This document shows positions 60,936 to 64,000 of a DNA stretch of 64,000 nt, piece after piece. The notes below the pieces were generated by a model. That model had not been told where the DNA came from. It saw only the letters and a list, made by a program, of their open reading frames with translations, and did not search any database. Where the stretch lies: positions 73,173 through 137,172 of the forward strand of contig JAFZRE010000022.1 in assembly GCA_017620015.1 (NCBI GenBank), in the 5' to 3' direction. Positions within the stretch are counted from its first letter, which is position 1. Each line of letters begins with the position of its first letter. This stretch comes from Bacteroidales bacterium (GTDB taxonomy: Bacteria > Bacteroidota > Bacteroidia > Bacteroidales > ML635J-15). The translations under genes were made by a program, and so were the position numbers.

Positions 60936-61277
60936 TTAATACATTGGTTTAATGCCGTGAGTGTAAAGTATTCCGCTGGTCTTGAAAATACTGTACTCGG
61001 TCTCGATTATTGTAATGTCGTTGTCAACCGCATGTTCAACCATCTCTTCGTCTGCTTTCTTTCCGCGTGCGAGGATTATTGTGTTTATCATCGCCATTTC
61101 GGCTGTGCGGACGGTCTGTATGTTGCACAAGCCTGTGATTAGCAGCGAACATTCGCCTCCAAGGCGCAAAACATCACTCATTAGGTCTGACGAAAATGCG
61201 TTTGTCAGTTCTTCGTTGTTATCCTGGCAGCCAACTATTCTGCCGTTAAGCAATTCTGCTATTTCTTTTGCTTTCAT
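60936..61277 (-). CDS. DRTGG domain protein (first gene of the cluster)
   Basis: 113 aa with SSDLMSDVLRLGG..SLLITGL.N.Q..RTAEM......IILARG. The -7 box TACATTTG lies at 61297-61304. Confidence 0.7.
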   Translation of the reverse strand: MKAKEIAELLNGRIVGCQDNNEELTNAFSSDLMSDVLRLGGECSLLITGLCNIQTVRTAEMAMINTIILARGKKADEEMVEHAVDNDITIIETEYSIFKTSGILYTHGIKPMY

Positions 61278-61296
61278 TTCTTTTTATATTGTTTCG

Positions 61297-61304
61297 CAAA
61301 TGTA
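61297..61304 (-). promoter_or_regulatory. -7 box TACATTTG for the DRTGG/hydrogenase-like cluster
   Basis: The plus strand reads caaatgta, 20 nt upstream of the ATG at 61277. Confidence 0.5.
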
Positions 61305-61362
61305 ATTCTTTTTATTTAATGTTGGTTCGATTCAGATTTGTTTTTTGACTCAATGGTTAAAA

Positions 61363-62100
61363 CTATTGCTTCACAAAGGTATAAGTAATCTTCCCTCCTT
61401 CAGCCTTATTTCCCGAAATCTTTGAGAACGAAGACTTTAATGCTGCTGTACGCGCTGCATTCGTCAAACATTCCACATCGGCGGTAAGATTTGAAGAAAC
61501 GACCTCGGCCGCAGAAACCTTTCCACTCGACGCAACCGAAATGCGCACCACCACTACCCCACTTCCCTCGCAGGTAAACACCGGCACATGCAGATACGAT
61601 GCTTCGCGCTGCTTGTTGTCGAGTTCGGCATATACCAAGGCTGGTCCAGACTTCACCATATTTCGCGGCTTGTTGTCGGACTGGTACTGCCCCATGCGCG
61701 ACTGGTCGATATAATCCTCGTAGGTACGGTTCTGCGCATCGTTATAGTCGTCGCCATACTTTTCGCGCAGGAATTGCTCCTCGTACCTAGCCTTCATGTC
61801 GGCTTCCGACATCGACTGCCCAGACGACGGCTGATAGGTGCGTGTTCCCGAATAATTCGATCCTGCAATGCCCAGATTCTGCAAGTACTGGTCAATCTGC
61901 TCATCGGTCATCATTTCGTCTTCTGCCTCCGACGACTGCGATTTGTCGTCCATCTCAAAATCCTGTGGATCAATTATGATATAACTTTCGGGATCCTTCT
62001 GTATCACACCTATCTTGCAGGCGAGACACACGCATATCACTATCAGATGGAACAATATTGTTCCAAGTATGCCATTGATATTTCTGCGAAAGAAAGACAC
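61363..62100 (-). CDS. TonB/TolA-like membrane-anchored protein with TonB C-terminal-type domain
   Basis: ORF 61363..62154. I prefer the GTG at 62098-62100 (VSFFRRNINGILGTILFHLIV...). The argS terminator (62143-62179) and a TACTTTTG box (62117-62124) both lie inside the longer ORF. The C-terminus VVVRISVASSGKVSAAEV...GKITYTF is TonB_C-like. Confidence 0.6.
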   Translation of the reverse strand: MSFFRRNINGILGTILFHLIVICVCLACKIGVIQKDPESYIIIDPQDFEMDDKSQSSEAEDEMMTDEQIDQYLQNLGIAGSNYSGTRTYQPSSGQSMSEADMKARYEEQFLREKYGDDYNDAQNRTYEDYIDQSRMGQYQSDNKPRNMVKSGPALVYAELDNKQREASYLHVPVFTCEGSGVVVVRISVASSGKVSAAEVVSSNLTADVECLTNAARTAALKSSFSKISGNKAEGGKITYTFVKQ

Positions 62101-62142
62101 TGCAAAAAGTTTTGCACAAAAGTAAATAAAATTCGTCGCACA

Positions 62143-62179
62143 CAAAAAAAACAATCCCCAATGTTTTTAATATTGGGGA
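62143..62179 (-). terminator. argS terminator
   Basis: The minus strand reads TCCCCAAT-ATTAAAAAC-ATTGGGGA followed by TTGTTTTTTTT. Confidence 0.7.
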
Positions 62180-62208
62180 CTGTCCACTACTATATATTAT
62201 ATTATGCA

Positions 62209-63987
62209 CTACATTACTTCGGGCACGTCAATTCCGAGCAATTCCATGCCTTCCTTTATGGTCTTTGCAACCTGCTGTGACAAACGCAGACGGAGCAAAA
62301 TAACGTTAGGATCGTTCTCGTTCAAGATTGAATAGTCGTGGTAGAACTGGTTGAACTCCTTGCACAAATTGTAAACATAGTTGGCTACCTGTCCTGGGTC
62401 GAACTTCTTAGCCGACTCCTCGACTACCTTGCTGAACGAACACAAATTAGAAATGATGCTTACCTCCTTGTCGAGCAGATGAACATCCTCGGAAATGCGC
62501 TTGGTAAGATTAATGTTCTGCTCCTTTGCCTTGCGCAATATCGAGCAGATACGTGCGTGCGTGTACTGAATGAAAGGTCCAGTATTTCCGTTGAAATCTA
62601 TGGATTCCTTAGGATTGAAAACCATCTGCTTCTTCGGGTCAACCTTAAGAATGAAATACTTGAGCGCACCGATTGCAATCATTTCGATGATGCGGTTGCG
62701 TTCTGCTTCACTCAAGTCGCCAAGCTTACCGTTTTCCTCGGATATTGCACGTGCAGTTTCAATCATGTCGGCAACAAGGTCGTCGGCATCGACAACTGTA
62801 CCTTCACGCGACTTCATCTTACCCTCGGGCAATTCGACCATACCATACGAAAGATGGAAAATCTTGTCGTAATAGTCCTCGCCCAAACGCTGTACAACCT
62901 TCTTCAGCACTGCAAAATGGTAATCCTGCTCGTTTCCAACAACATAAATCATCTTATCGGGATGATATTCGTCGAAACGCTGAGCTGCAGTACCTATGTC
63001 CTGAGTCATATAAACTGTGGTGCCATCGCTACGGAGCAAAATCTTACGGTCGAGGCCTTCGTTTGTAAGGTCAATCCACACCGAAGTATCAGCATCGCGG
63101 ACAAAAACGCCACGGTCGAGGCCTTTCTGCACAATCGACTTACCGAGCAGATAAGTCTGTGATTCATAATATATTCTATCGAACGAAATACCAATCTTCT
63201 TGTAAGTTTCGTCGAAACCTGCATATACCCATTCGTTCATCATCTTCCACACACGACGAACTTCCTCATCGCCTGCCTCCCATTTCTGGAGCATTTCACG
63301 AGTTTCAGCCATAAGTGCGGATTTCTTTTCTGCTTCCTCATCGCTTAGGCCCTGAGCCTTCAACTGGGCAATTTCCTCCTTGTACTTGTTGCTAAACAAC
63401 ACATAGAAATCACCAACCAGTTTGTCGCCCTTCTTGCCTGCCGATTCGGGAGTAATGCCATTGCCCCACTTCAGCCATGCAATCATAGACTTGCAGATAT
63501 GTATTCCGCGGTCGTTCACAAGGTTAACCTTCATGACATTGTTCCCGGCAGCCTTTATGATGCGCGATACCGAATCACCAAGGAAATTGTTACGCAAATG
63601 TCCAAGATGCAACGGCTTGTTGGTATTGGGCGATGAAAATTCAACCATTATCAACGGCTTAGCCGAATCATCCTTCTTTTTTGAAGGTGAAGCAAGATTG
63701 TTGAGCCTCTTGACCCAATATTCGTGCGTCATTGTTATATTCAAGAATCCCTGAATCACATTGTAGGAATCGATATCCTCGCAACGCGACTTCAGCGAAA
63801 CGCCAATTTCTTTGGCGGTATCCATAGGACTCTTCTTGCTGTACTTCGTAAACGGGAAAACCACAACCGTGAAATCGCCTTCGATTCCAGGTTTTGTTCT
63901 TTCCAACGATATCGTTACCGACTTAGGGTCAACAACATACAAGTCGGACAATACCTCTCCGATATACTTAACTATATCTTTCTCCAT
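62209..63987 (-). CDS. argS: arginine--tRNA ligase
   Basis: 592 aa. The HIGH region is SPNTNKPLHLGHLRN and the KMSK-like motif is GKMKSREG, with the anticodon-binding DALR C-terminus. Confidence 0.96.
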   Translation of the reverse strand: MEKDIVKYIGEVLSDLYVVDPKSVTISLERTKPGIEGDFTVVVFPFTKYSKKSPMDTAKEIGVSLKSRCEDIDSYNVIQGFLNITMTHEYWVKRLNNLASPSKKKDDSAKPLIMVEFSSPNTNKPLHLGHLRNNFLGDSVSRIIKAAGNNVMKVNLVNDRGIHICKSMIAWLKWGNGITPESAGKKGDKLVGDFYVLFSNKYKEEIAQLKAQGLSDEEAEKKSALMAETREMLQKWEAGDEEVRRVWKMMNEWVYAGFDETYKKIGISFDRIYYESQTYLLGKSIVQKGLDRGVFVRDADTSVWIDLTNEGLDRKILLRSDGTTVYMTQDIGTAAQRFDEYHPDKMIYVVGNEQDYHFAVLKKVVQRLGEDYYDKIFHLSYGMVELPEGKMKSREGTVVDADDLVADMIETARAISEENGKLGDLSEAERNRIIEMIAIGALKYFILKVDPKKQMVFNPKESIDFNGNTGPFIQYTHARICSILRKAKEQNINLTKRISEDVHLLDKEVSIISNLCSFSKVVEESAKKFDPGQVANYVYNLCKEFNQFYHDYSILNENDPNVILLRLRLSQQVAKTIKEGMELLGIDVPEVM

Positions 63988-64000
63988 AACTCAAAATTCT

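Noticed and set aside
1-64000. Prophage, ICE or conjugative transposon
   Set aside because: No integrase, recombinase, relaxase, capsid, terminase or tra genes are seen. The only transposase is the small Y1/RAYT enzyme at 2241..2783.

Overview
This 64-kb chromosomal segment looks like a Bacteroidota genome, probably Bacteroidales or Prevotella-like. That placement is an inference from four observations: TAnnTTTG -7 boxes in front of most operons, FISUMP and T9SS-type domains, a Rho with a long acidic/Q-rich insert, and AT-rich intergenic hairpin repeats.

Housekeeping backbone: rsmA, tRNA-Arg(ACG), an hldD-like epimerase, meaB, a ProX/YbaK editing protein, ileS, rpsF-rpsR-rplI, ygiQ, ispD, rho, pheT and argS.

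Accessory islets between these genes:
1. An IS200/RAYT-like Y1 transposase flanked by two classes of REP hairpins, next to a ghost copy of the rsmA 3' end.
2. A family of six FISUMP-like (C-type-lectin-like) head domains. Three proteins carry a T9SS-CTD-like sandwich at the N-terminus and two are lipoproteins with Listeria-Bacteroides repeats. One of the paralogs is frameshifted.
3. An operon of a secreted cyclophilin plus two tandem KASIII(FabH-like)-SDR fusion proteins, one with a degenerate reductase site. A ghost copy of the operon's 3' end lies beyond a mosaic hairpin element.
4. An MNT-HEPN toxin-antitoxin pair.
5. A MITE-like element after ileS.
6. Two glycosyltransferase genes facing a HAD / nucleotidyltransferase / Asp-Glu racemase / methyltransferase / LicD cassette.
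7. A Fic protein whose catalytic His is replaced by Gln, preceded by a poly(A)14 tract.
8. A DUF4143-type AAA ATPase bracketed by GGTTAT..ATAACC palindromes.
9. A low-GC two-gene islet (unknown protein + COG3183-type HNH nuclease).
10. A six-gene DRTGG / HATPase / [FeFe]-hydrogenase-like / PHP sensory-type cluster with no hydrogenase structural genes nearby. Its internal spacers are built from 7-8-nt periodic repeats.

All family names come from motif recognition by eye. No database search was possible.
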